Of a stretch of DNA of 64,000 nucleotides, positions 10,754 to 20,385 are shown one piece after another; the stretch's first letter is position 1, and each line of letters opens with the position of its first letter. The notes under the pieces were generated by a model that was not told the origin of the DNA, made no database searches, and saw only the letters and a program-made list of their open reading frames with translations. Both the position numbers and the translations under genes were made by a program. Origin of the DNA: a virus; IMG/VR virus record IMGVR_UViG_3300015050_000678, positions 1 to 64,000 of that record; one strand, 5' to 3'.

Positions 10754-10785
10754 CAAATATAAGCTTTTCTTAGGACATTACCAAA
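10754..10785 (-). promoter_or_regulatory. Bacteroidota-type promoter TTTG-N20-TATATTTG
   Basis: Exact consensus match; points into the ORF-free 10380-10750 region. Confidence 0.7.
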
Positions 10786-10795
10786 TCTATTTTAA

Positions 10796-10999
10796 CTATT
10801 CTTCAGTTAAAGGACTAGTCCCGGTAAATAAATAATACTTATTAATCTTTTCAGCCATAATTAACTTATCATTAATTTGGTCCATATCTTCATAATCTAT
10901 TTTATCATTATAGTGTTTCTTAGTTACACCCATTTTTAGATAGATAGATCCATCAGGTAATACTCCTTTGATTTGGTAATCTTTGAAATTCTTGCTCAT
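10796..10999 (-). CDS. Hypothetical protein
   Basis: 67 aa ORF in operon. Confidence 0.5.
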   Translation of the reverse strand: MSKNFKDYQIKGVLPDGSIYLKMGVTKKHYNDKIDYEDMDQINDKLIMAEKINKYYLFTGTSPLTEE

Positions 11000-11000
11000 T

Positions 11001-11423
11001 TTATTTAATATTTAATTGTTGCATTAGTTTAATTAATTCAGATTTGTTGAATATTGTAAAAGACATTCTATAAACCTCACTACCATAAGATGAATATGTT
11101 TCACTTTTTATTAAATAGAAGTTATTGTCTAATTGTTCTAAAGTATAAGTAGTTCCAGTATTGAACCCATACTCTTTAGTTAATTGATAAGTATTTAAAT
11201 CTTTACCTGTAAAAGGTGAGTTTTTAGTATGATTTAATTCCCAACCTAAACTTTCTATATCAGATTGATCTAGGTATTTAACTCTAATATTTTCTAATTT
11301 CTTATTATGTAAGAATCCTTCAAATTGAGTTTCACTTACCCATTTATCTCCGTAGTTTACTTCATAATCAAAACCAATATGAAATTCATTTAATTCAGGT
11401 GTGTAGTATAAGTTATTTTCCAT
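11001..11423 (-). CDS. Hypothetical phage protein
   Basis: 140 aa; YYTP...EFHIGFDYE...IRVKYLDQSDIESLGW motif. Confidence 0.6.
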   Translation of the reverse strand: MENNLYYTPELNEFHIGFDYEVNYGDKWVSETQFEGFLHNKKLENIRVKYLDQSDIESLGWELNHTKNSPFTGKDLNTYQLTKEYGFNTGTTYTLEQLDNNFYLIKSETYSSYGSEVYRMSFTIFNKSELIKLMQQLNIK

Positions 11424-11579
11424 TTGTTATCCAGGTTAAAGGTTTAAGTCTTTCTATTCCTTCAGAAGTTATTTTATAAGCACATTCACTATATAAAAAT
11501 AAATCCTCTAAAAGAAGTTTTGATAAATTTTTCTGATCTTCCCAAAACTGTTGTTGTTCATATTCTGATGTACTAGCCA

Positions 11580-11798
11580 TTACCAACTAAATTGTTCTTT
11601 AGGTTCATTATTAATATTTTCAAAGTAACTAGTTATAAGTTTATGTCTAGTACTCATGTAACTTGGACCATCTACTGCAAAACTAGCAGGTTTAATTATA
11701 TTAATATAATCTGTAGTTAATAACTCAATACTAACATTATTTAGTATCATAGTAGTATGTTCTTCAGTAGGATGTCTATATTTAATTGTTAAATTCAT
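11580..11798 (-). CDS. Hypothetical protein, first gene of the leftward operon
   Basis: 72 aa with a promoter directly upstream. Confidence 0.5.
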   Translation of the reverse strand: MNLTIKYRHPTEEHTTMILNNVSIELLTTDYINIIKPASFAVDGPSYMSTRHKLITSYFENINNEPKEQFSW

Positions 11799-11802
11799 AA
11801 AG

Positions 11803-11834
11803 TAAAGTTAAGTATTATGTATTTAACTACCAAA
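11803..11834 (-). promoter_or_regulatory. Bacteroidota-type promoter variant TTTG-N20-TAACTTTA
   Basis: Same geometry as the 10346 promoter, 4 nt upstream of the ATG at 11798. Confidence 0.6.
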
Positions 11835-12077
11835 TAAATCTTTAAGTTGGGTGACATAGAATATAGCTTAATTGTAAACTTATAGGTTGATAAATTTAGA
11901 TTAATGTAAACTCAATATTTATTTCCATAAGATAAAGATGGGTATAATTTTTTATTTTAAAAAATATTTTTTGTAAAATTTTTGTGTATTTGAAGATTTG
12001 GTACACCCCTCATCAACCTACCCCCACTAAACCTTGAGAGAAAATAATTTCTTTCACAACCTTTAAACTATCACATT

Positions 12078-12314
12078 ATGAAAACTTTATTAGATTACTT
12101 AAAAGAACTTGGTGCAGTTAAAGCATCTGTAGTTAGTGGACCAAATGGTAAATTTATTAGCTATACCTTAAAGAATGATGCTAAGGGTACATTACCTATT
12201 GGTAAGAACAGCTATGCTGGTACATTAGCAACATTTAGTGTATTAATAGCCGAGAATGGTCAAGCTATTGCTACTATCAACTCTTATGAAGAAGTTGAGA
12301 GTATAGATTTATAG
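12078..12314 (+). CDS. Hypothetical early protein
   Basis: 78 aa; A-rich leader; followed by a terminator-like hairpin. Confidence 0.65.
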   Translation: MKTLLDYLKELGAVKASVVSGPNGKFISYTLKNDAKGTLPIGKNSYAGTLATFSVLIAENGQAIATINSYEEVESIDL

Positions 12315-12315
12315 T

Positions 12316-12347
12316 AGAGTGAGAGCCTTGTGCTCTCCTCTTTATTT
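12316..12347 (+). terminator. Probable intrinsic terminator
   Basis: GAGAGC-cttgt-GCTCTC hairpin followed by a T-rich tract. Confidence 0.5.
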
Positions 12348-12675
12348 AATTCTAATTCAATTAACTAATTAAACTCTAATTCAACTTAATATACATATTA
12401 ATAATATACTCTTGGTTAATTACCAATTGATTGAAGGCTTGTACTTTAGTTAGTTCTTGTTGAACAAACAACTTGGAGAGTTTATTAGTTAATTAATTGA
12501 TTGGTTAAAGAATTGATGATTAATTAGTTGATAATTGTTGATTAAGTGTTGATATCCGTGGGTTACACCTCACATCCTCACCAATTAACCCTATATACAT
12601 AATACTCAAATACATAACTCTCTTATTTATTAATAGCTAAATCAAACTTATTATTAACCATAAAACTATCATATT

Positions 12676-12870
12676 ATGAAAAACATTATAAACTGGCATA
12701 AAAACTATATAACTGATAGTTCTATGTATAAATCATTACACTATGACCTTGCAACGGATTTAATCAGAGAAAATAGAATTATGTCTTTCTATGATTATTC
12801 AGTATTTGCTAAAGGTTATGGATTATCATATATGAACGAAGATACATTCAATGATAAACTAATCAAATAA
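12676..12870 (+). CDS. Hypothetical early protein
   Basis: 64 aa, A-rich leader. Confidence 0.5.
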   Translation: MKNIINWHKNYITDSSMYKSLHYDLATDLIRENRIMSFYDYSVFAKGYGLSYMNEDTFNDKLIK

Positions 12871-12930
12871 AACATTAATCTCTTAACGGTGGTCGCCTGG
12901 AGATTTAAAATCAACTAAACCAATCAAATC

Positions 12931-13002
12931 ATGAAACAAATCTTATTCCTATTAACTTCACTAACACTTAGTTTAGTTATAATACTAACAATCTGTCATT
13001 AA
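12931..13002 (+). CDS. Putative 23-aa membrane peptide
   Basis: MKQILFLLTSLTLSLVIILTICH, with an A/C-rich leader like neighbouring genes. Confidence 0.4.
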   Translation: MKQILFLLTSLTLSLVIILTICH

Positions 13003-13028
13003 TATTAACTAACTAAAACTATAATAAA

Positions 13029-13124
13029 ATGACAAAACATTTGAAAAACATTCTACTTATAACTCTAAGTTTTCTTGCAATATTAGACTTAATTCTATAT
13101 ATAAGTATTAAATTCATCCTATAA
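13029..13124 (+). CDS. Putative 31-aa membrane peptide
   Basis: MTKHLKNILLITLSFLAILDLILYISIKFIL. Confidence 0.4.
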   Translation: MTKHLKNILLITLSFLAILDLILYISIKFIL

Positions 13125-13148
13125 ATTAACCAACTAAAAACTATCCAA

Positions 13149-13340
13149 ATGAACTCATTTCAAACTCAAACTAAATCAGGTAAACCAGTTATCAATAGAC
13201 AAACTAAATTACCTGAATTCAATAGATCAGTACATCACAGAATCAATGCTATTAAAAAAGAATTAGGTTATATAAACAATAAACCTAATCATGATCAAAT
13301 ATGGGCATCAATATGTGTAAGTGTATCTATGTTATCCTAA
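13149..13340 (+). CDS. Hypothetical early protein
   Basis: 63 aa ORF. Confidence 0.5.
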   Translation: MNSFQTQTKSGKPVINRQTKLPEFNRSVHHRINAIKKELGYINNKPNHDQIWASICVSVSMLS

Positions 13341-13599
13341 TTTCATCTATTTCAATATTCCACTGTTAATCAATTAGTTATCTGATTGTTTGTGGGTATC
13401 GGAATAGATTATCTACATTATAGGGGCTCACATCTGCCTATATAATATGTGAAAGTCATGGGTCTCAATGTGATGAGAACCGTTATACTCGGACTAACTA
13501 AACTCTTATCTACCAAAAATCGCAACTCAGTGTAGTTTAATAATGTGCAACATTATAAGAGTTTATACTAAATTATCAATCATTTAAAACTAAATAATT

Positions 13600-13827
13600 A
13601 TGTTAACAATAATCAAAATAATAGCAATAATATCATTATTAGCTTATGGTATAAACATTATATCAGATGTTTGTGATATTAAAAAACCATTTAAAGCACA
13701 TATAACATATGGAGTTATAGCAATACTATCATCTTGGTATCTACATCCAATGTTATCATTCTTCCTCTGTTGTATCTTAATACCTTATTCACTTATTATA
13801 TTAATATCATACATTAAAAACCCTTAA
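13600..13827 (+). CDS. Small membrane protein
   Basis: 75 aa with about three hydrophobic segments. Confidence 0.55.
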   Translation: MLTIIKIIAIISLLAYGINIISDVCDIKKPFKAHITYGVIAILSSWYLHPMLSFFLCCILIPYSLIILISYIKNP

Positions 13828-14120
13828 TCGTGAAAACAACTATTGAAGAACAAGTATATATGAAGATTTCACAAATACTAGCTGCAGACACAGCATATAT
13901 ATATGCATCAATCTTATATTCTTAAAATATTAAACATTTAATAAGCTCTCATCTAATTAATTAGCTATTTATAGCACTTCGACATCTCTTCTTGAGAATA
14001 CAGTCATATATTAATTACATCATCTTATTATTTGTTAAATAGTCCTTATATGAACTCTAATCATATTACAAATCAATCAAATAAATAAACAATTAAATTA
14101 ACAATTAAAAAACAATTATT

Positions 14121-14564
14121 ATGAAAAATTCAGTTAAAGTAACAGCAAATCCAAACACAGGTTTAGTATTCACTTCTACAGGTGTATCAGCAAAAGATGG
14201 TAAAGAATACGGATTTATTCGTTTAGAAAGCAAATCAGTAGATTTTAGTGGTGCTGTTGCATCAGTAAGAATATTATCTGCTTTAAAAACAATTAGTAAA
14301 GAAGCATTTGATGCCTCTGGTTTGATGCAAGGTCAAGAAATTGATGGTCAAATCATCATCAAAGAATCTACTATTAAAAATCCTTTTAGAGCTAATCAAG
14401 AGCCTAAACGTCAAGGAAAAGATGGTGGTATCTTATTATCAAATGGTTTACCTATCTATCGTGAAACAGAATTCACAACAGATATGAGTGTAGCTAATGT
14501 ATTAGTTGCTCACACATCAGTAGCTCCAGTTACTGTACCAGTTGAAGCTAAACTTAACAGCTAA
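14121..14564 (+). CDS. Hypothetical protein (beta-rich, possibly nucleic-acid binding)
   Basis: 147 aa; long A-rich leader; codon usage resembling the capsid gene. Confidence 0.7.
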   Translation: MKNSVKVTANPNTGLVFTSTGVSAKDGKEYGFIRLESKSVDFSGAVASVRILSALKTISKEAFDASGLMQGQEIDGQIIIKESTIKNPFRANQEPKRQGKDGGILLSNGLPIYRETEFTTDMSVANVLVAHTSVAPVTVPVEAKLNS

Positions 14565-14606
14565 TATAATTCCTATGCTCTAGCTCTGCTATCATAGGTT
14601 TTAAAG

Positions 14607-14684
14607 TGTATTGTCTTCTAAGGGTAAGAAGAGGTGGCTTTGGGCTGCCTTCTAATGTAGGTTCGACTCCTATCAATACACCCA
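14607..14684 (+). tRNA. tRNA-Gln(TTG), atypical
   Basis: Acceptor TGTATTG/CAATACA, D arm TTCT/AGAA, anticodon loop CT-TTG-GG, T arm GTAGG-TTCGACT-CCTAT, encoded CCA. Confidence 0.7.
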
Positions 14685-15585
14685 ATTAATTCATTGTAAT
14701 ACATTAGTATATAATAATGTAAAGTATTAAATAAACCTGGTCTGGTTAGTAGAGTAATTACTACATGTTATTCATCAAAGAATTAATATTTAATATATTA
14801 TAATGAATTAAGATTTTTGTCTAGTTTATGTGATAGTTTATCTAGACACATTTAAGCATTATGTAAAATGCTCCTTTTAGGTTAGTTGGTTAAACCTTTT
14901 ATTTAAAATATTAAATTATAATAGAGTAATATGAAGCAAGATACATTTAAATAGTAAAACTATTATAATTTATAACCTCGCCAAGATTAGGTTAGACTTG
15001 GCCATACTAGCATTAAAAGTGCACACTAGATAAATAGCGGTAATCGTCTACTAGGCTCGGTAATAGAGTAACGAGAAGAGATTTAAGAGTAACACAGTTG
15101 AAGAACAAATGTTTATGAGCTGAAATATGCATAGAAATCATAAGATCAGTAGCCTGCTCCGGACTTTAATGGGCTCATATTAAATAGATACCGAGAATCG
15201 GTTTATGAATTCTACTCTCGCAACCGGAGTTACTTACAATATGATGAAAAACCTGTATATAAGCGTGGTTAGAAACTTCCAGGATAAAATGAAGTGATGT
15301 AAGTTAAATCTATTTATTATTTATTTAAACAAACTCAAATGTTGTCCATTAACTTGGTAGTTGTATTAATTTTAGTTTTTAATCTATTCTATTTTTTAAT
15401 ACACAAACATGAAGCATTCAATTAGGTGAGAAGCCTATTCTTTTTAAATTAATCAACTAATATGTATACTTTTATAGCATTATGTAAACACAATAATATT
15501 AAATTATTTCCTTATAATAAATTAAAATATGAAATAATCTTCAATTTATTACACTTTCCAAATTAATCAACTAAAATATAATATT

Positions 15586-15867
15586 ATGAAGCTACCAATA
15601 TTTACAAATGAAGGTATAATATTAGAAATTATAGATTATAATGATAATTATAACTATATAAGATATTGTTCTTGGTCTTATGAGGGTAATATTGAAAATA
15701 GTACAACATTCTATTTAAGACCTAAACAAGAAAAATCTTTTACAAATGATTTACTACAATCTAAAAAGAAACAATGGTATTTACCAACATTTATGCATGG
15801 TAAAGAAGTAAGTAGATTTTATATACCAGAAAGATTCTTAACATTAATTAATAACTCAATCAACTAA
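15586..15867 (+). CDS. Hypothetical protein
   Basis: 93 aa ORF. Confidence 0.55.
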   Translation: MKLPIFTNEGIILEIIDYNDNYNYIRYCSWSYEGNIENSTTFYLRPKQEKSFTNDLLQSKKKQWYLPTFMHGKEVSRFYIPERFLTLINNSIN

Positions 15868-15893
15868 AATAAACAACTAAAAATCAAACAACT

Positions 15894-16364
15894 ATGAAAA
15901 ATCTAATCAACTTTAAATTATTTGTAATGATAATTACAATAGTTTTAATCACAGTAAATAGTTTTGCACAACAACCTGGCTTTGATACTAATGTTAATAA
16001 AACTAGAAGAGAATTAACAAAACTAAGTCAAAAATCAATTAAACTTGATCTTGCTATTACAGTTAATAATAAATCAATTGATGATACATCTTATGTATTA
16101 AGCATTGTAAATTATAACACTGGAATAGAAACAAATGTTAAAGTGTCTAATAAGTTTATATTATTCTTAGAATATGATATTGAATTTGAAATATCTGTAT
16201 CTTATAAAGGAACTAATATGAAAACTATTATTGTTAATACTAATGCACCAGAAAATAATTGGTATGTAATATCAGGTATTAACTTGAGTACAACAAATCA
16301 TAATCGTATTTTAGCTGGTGGATTAAAATATGATAAATTAAAAGATACATTTATTAAATATTAA
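15894..16364 (+). CDS. Secreted/periplasmic protein
   Basis: Sec-type signal peptide ending SFA|QQ; beta-rich mature region. Confidence 0.6.
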   Translation: MKNLINFKLFVMIITIVLITVNSFAQQPGFDTNVNKTRRELTKLSQKSIKLDLAITVNNKSIDDTSYVLSIVNYNTGIETNVKVSNKFILFLEYDIEFEISVSYKGTNMKTIIVNTNAPENNWYVISGINLSTTNHNRILAGGLKYDKLKDTFIKY

Positions 16365-16367
16365 AAT

Positions 16368-16661
16368 ATGAAAAACATAAAAACATCAATTAAAATAATA
16401 TTCTTATTTGTAACAGCAATATTAATGAGTAAAATACCTGAATTATTTCCAACATTCTTTGGAGATTGGTTATGTAAAGGTAGTGGTACTGAAAAATTAA
16501 CAAATAGTATATATACCCATTATTTAGGTTGTGATTATAATTCTAGATATCATAATCCTGAATGGCATTGGGGTTATCAACATTATTTATTATTAACAAT
16601 GGGGATAGTATTATTTATATATCAAATATTTGATATTGTAGATAAATATGATAATGATTAA
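16368..16661 (+). CDS. Two-TM membrane protein
   Basis: N- and C-terminal hydrophobic helices around a loop with two Cys. Confidence 0.6.
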   Translation: MKNIKTSIKIIFLFVTAILMSKIPELFPTFFGDWLCKGSGTEKLTNSIYTHYLGCDYNSRYHNPEWHWGYQHYLLLTMGIVLFIYQIFDIVDKYDND

Positions 16662-16668
16662 ACAATTT

Positions 16669-16706
16669 AAAGGGATAATAGTAGAAATATTATTATCCCT
16701 TTTTTT
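16669..16706 (+). terminator. Intrinsic terminator
   Basis: AAAGGGATAATAGTA-gaaa-TATTATTATCCCTTT followed by a T run. Confidence 0.8.
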
Positions 16707-17120
16707 AAAACCGCAAATAAATAAATTATGATATTAAGAATGCTAAGAGTTATATATTATAGAAAAATTTTAGAACAATGTATAATTGATAATAATCAAT
16801 TAGGTATAAGATTTTGTAATATGAAAATAAGACAACAATTATTTAAATTTAAATTATGAAATTAAATAACAAACAATTAAACATTATAGCAAACATAGCG
16901 TATATTATTTTATTTGTTACACTTGTGATAATGGAAATACATCTTATAATTGCAATAAATGAATTATGAGTCCTGAAAACAAAGTAAATTATTATTTACA
17001 TATATTTAATAATGATGTTAAACAATCTATTAAATTATGTAAACAATTAAAATTAACATGTGTTACACAAAAAGATTTAAATTATTACAATGATATATTA
17101 ACAATATTAAAAACAAAATT

Positions 17121-17357
17121 ATGATTCAAATAACAAATGAACCATTACCATCAATATTAAAAGATCCATTTAGTAAAATATCAATTAATGCTGTTAGAGT
17201 TCATTATGTTGAGTCTTCTTTTACTGAAGGTATGTGGAGAGCATATGGGACAGTTAGTTTTAAAAATGGAAATACTTCTGGAGAACAAGCGTTTGAAGGA
17301 ATTGATTTTAATGAAATAGTAAATCAAATTAAAATATTTATAGAAACAATTAAATAA
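17121..17357 (+). CDS. Hypothetical protein
   Basis: 78 aa ORF. Confidence 0.6.
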   Translation: MIQITNEPLPSILKDPFSKISINAVRVHYVESSFTEGMWRAYGTVSFKNGNTSGEQAFEGIDFNEIVNQIKIFIETIK

Positions 17358-17365
17358 ACAAAATT

Positions 17366-17827
17366 ATGAAAACAATAATCTTATTAATTACAATTATGAT
17401 GTTAAACATCAGTTGTAAAAAGAAAAAGTCAGTTGAGCCTGCTCCTGCACCAGTTAAAGAGTTTAAAAGATGTTATGCTAAAGTAATATTTAAACAAGAT
17501 AGTTTAGTTACTTTTTATATTCCTCATCAAATACAAGTAATAGTGTTTGATAAATCTCCAAGTGATCCTACATTTAATATTGTAACCAATAAAGTTAGTT
17601 CAAATTCTAATTCTTTTGCAACAGGTTCTACATATACAACATTTACTGTACCTGTAGATTTAAACTTACTTTCATATAATGTAGATAAACCATTTACTTA
17701 TTGGATTATGGTTTCTGTTGGTTTAGAAAGTGTAGATGGTTTACATGATAGATATAATCAAACTGTTAAACAATATACATTTAATGAAGGAGAGAATGGT
17801 ACAATTAATTTTAAAACAATACCATAA
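17366..17827 (+). CDS. Lipoprotein
   Basis: Signal peptide with lipobox-like NISC followed by KKKK. Confidence 0.65.
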   Translation: MKTIILLITIMMLNISCKKKKSVEPAPAPVKEFKRCYAKVIFKQDSLVTFYIPHQIQVIVFDKSPSDPTFNIVTNKVSSNSNSFATGSTYTTFTVPVDLNLLSYNVDKPFTYWIMVSVGLESVDGLHDRYNQTVKQYTFNEGENGTINFKTIP

Positions 17828-18197
17828 TAACATTTAATCTAGTAGTTCTAAAGACTACAATTTATAATAAAACAAAGGGTGTCGCACAAAGTTACAAACA
17901 AAGAGGAGAGGTGAAGGAACTCCCAATTATAAATAGATTTGATAGCACTACGTAGTTTCGTGAAAACAGATAAAAACTAACTACTGTTCTACTTAGTGTA
18001 AAAACCATAGATAAATAAATTAATCAACAAATAAAATAAATGAAAGACAAAGGAAAACAATTAGAGATGCTATTCTGTTGGGCAGCATTTTACTCAAACA
18101 ACAAAACTTTAGAAGTTCCTACTTTTGCTAATATGGCTAAGTATAACAAAGTACAAAGAGAAATTAATATTATTAGAAAAGAATTAATCGACTAATT

Positions 18198-18515
18198 ATG
18201 AAAGTACCATACACTAAAGTAGTAATAGAAAGTGCTGGAGTTAAATCTAGTAAGAAAGTATCAACAATTGATACAGGAGAATATCAAGTTAAGCGTAGTC
18301 AAATATTAGCTGAAATCAATGCTAATAAGATTGTAATTGATAGAGATTGTTTTATTAAATCACATATGGAAAAAGTAGCTTTAAAACAAGCTAAAAGATC
18401 TTATATGTTATCTAAAACAACAGCTATTCATAACACATTAAGAGCTGAAACAATCAGTTATATTGCTAATCATCCAATGGTTTGTGGTAATTTAATATTA
18501 ACAGTAATTAAATAA
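18198..18515 (+). CDS. Hypothetical protein
   Basis: 105 aa ORF. Confidence 0.55.
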   Translation: MKVPYTKVVIESAGVKSSKKVSTIDTGEYQVKRSQILAEINANKIVIDRDCFIKSHMEKVALKQAKRSYMLSKTTAIHNTLRAETISYIANHPMVCGNLILTVIK

Positions 18516-18528
18516 AAATAAAAACAAA

Positions 18529-19134
18529 ATGAATTTATCAACACATAATAAACTAGCAATGCTTTATAGGGCATTCTATAATAAAGAAGAATTACCAAAT
18601 AATTTATGTAATTATTTTTGGGCAAGCTTAATAATGCTTTTGAGTTTACCATTTCTTTGGCCTGCAATTATAATTAATAACTTTGTTGCACCATTTAAAT
18701 GGAAATATAAAGATGACTGGGATGATACACTTTATGATAATCCTTATTATACAAGAGGATATAAAGAACCAATACCAACAATTGTTGGATTTTTTATAAA
18801 TTGTGGATTATTTTTCTTAGGTATGTTATTTACAAAATTATTTTATAGTAGTACTTGGGAATATATGTCAGTTTATAAATTTTATATTAACGGTATAATT
18901 GGAATTATAATAGGTATTATTATAATAACATTATTTGTTAAATTATTAATTTATTTATCTAATTTAAATCCTAAATCTGAAGAACAATTAAAATTAGAAA
19001 GAACTAAAAGATATGAAAAAGATCGTTTAAAATCTATTAAATATAAACAATCTTTTAGATATTTAGTTTGGCAACGTATCATTGCCTGGAAAGAAAATAA
19101 TTGTCCAATAATTCATTGGGAAAATACTAAATAA
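18529..19134 (+). CDS. Multi-pass membrane protein
   Basis: Three hydrophobic segments; LPNNLCNYFW and KENNCPII motifs. Confidence 0.6.
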   Translation: MNLSTHNKLAMLYRAFYNKEELPNNLCNYFWASLIMLLSLPFLWPAIIINNFVAPFKWKYKDDWDDTLYDNPYYTRGYKEPIPTIVGFFINCGLFFLGMLFTKLFYSSTWEYMSVYKFYINGIIGIIIGIIIITLFVKLLIYLSNLNPKSEEQLKLERTKRYEKDRLKSIKYKQSFRYLVWQRIIAWKENNCPIIHWENTK

Positions 19135-19366
19135 TGCTTCTAAATAAACAATTAGAACTAATAACTACTAAAAACATTACATTACTTAATCCAACAATGA
19201 AAGAAATGATTTATTGGAGTAATCATAATGTATATGTTTTTATTGAGTTATTATGTAAAATTAAATAATACGTGTAAAGTCATGCTTTACTAAACTGCAA
19301 TGATATATAAGCAGCGTTATAATTATCGCAAGATTATTATTCATAAGAATACGTCAAGTTCTATTT

Positions 19367-19778
19367 GGGGGTGATTTGGCACTTGATTACCTTACAGTCT
19401 ATAATAAGCAAGTAGTGAGATGTTATCTATCACTTTAATCTATGGTTTCAAGCTCTAACAGGCACTGTTGTAATAACCAACGAAGTAGGAGGCATCGCTG
19501 ATGTTCTTGCTGTTGTAAAACGTAGCTCAGCAAAAGTTATTAAATTAACACCTGCTCCAATTGCAGAACTAGAATTAGCAGCCTAGATATTGGAAAGGAC
19601 AAAGGATGAGTCTAAAACATATCCACGCTTTTTGTACATATTGGAAGTAAACTAAAATGTTCTATTTTATCATAAGAAAATGATATATTCTGTAACAGAA
19701 GAAAAACAGTGCTAAACTTGTAGAAAATTATAAATATGTGGGAATAAGACGAGGGTTCGACTCCCTCCACCTCCACCA
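19367..19778 (+). ncRNA. ssrA: tmRNA (transfer-messenger RNA)
   Basis: 5' GGGGGTG pairs with 3' CACCTCC-A-CCA including the G3-U alanine determinant; T arm GAGGG-TTCGACT-CCCTC; internal reading frame 19461-19586 ends ...ELAA-stop. Confidence 0.92.
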
Positions 19779-20041
19779 ACTTTCGTATAAAAGTAATTAT
19801 TGGTAGCATCCGATGTGTAATAGTGTGAAGTAACACAGCCAATAATTTTAAAATTAAAATAATAAATCAACCATGATTCGCTATCATGACCTATTGGTGC
19901 TGACCATATGTCCAATAATCTAACCTAGGAATAGATTATTAACTTGGAGGAAATCTATAATATTTAGGTAAAAGAAGAAAGTACAGAACATATTATTGGT
20001 AACAATTTTATGTAAAGCAGATTTATTATTTTATAAAACAT

Positions 20042-20157
20042 GTTTAGGTGGCGGAAGTTAGACGCAACTCAAGAGGTAATGGATAGTGGTCGAGGTATTT
20101 ATATCAGAGGACGCTTTTAGGAAAGCCATTGTGTAGGTTCATATCCTACCTTAAACA
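20042..20157 (+). ncRNA. tRNA-Leu-like RNA with remodelled central region
   Basis: Acceptor GTTTAGG/CTTAAAC-A, Leu-type D arm TGGCGGAA..AGACGC, T arm GTAGG-TTCATAT-CCTAC; about 67-nt central region without a normal anticodon stem. Confidence 0.6.
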
Positions 20158-20385
20158 CACATAAAACTATCAAAGTTATTAAAGTGAGATAGTCTATAAA
20201 TGGAACAATCTACAAAGACCATTATAGTTTAAATACAGGGAATAACCAGCTATAGATGCCTGTATTTTTCATTAAATATTAATTAAACAAATAAGTTCTG
20301 TGAATGGTGCAGAATAATTTAGATCCTCATTACAAAGTTAATGTGTATAAGCTTAGAGTGTTTAATTATCTCTAGTCGACAGAGT

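Noticed and set aside
11001-11423. Tail SELIKLMQQLNIK as a member of the shared-C-terminus family
   Set aside because: Lacks the PI.(E/D)DL core and belongs to a different protein type; similarity too weak.
12900-18200. Recurring AATCAACTAAA-like words as a CRISPR or repeat array
   Set aside because: Irregular spacing, mostly just upstream of start codons; consistent with A-rich Bacteroidota translation leaders.
19612-19915. Minus-strand ORFs 19612-19842 and 19712-19915
   Set aside because: Antisense shadows of the tmRNA 3' end.
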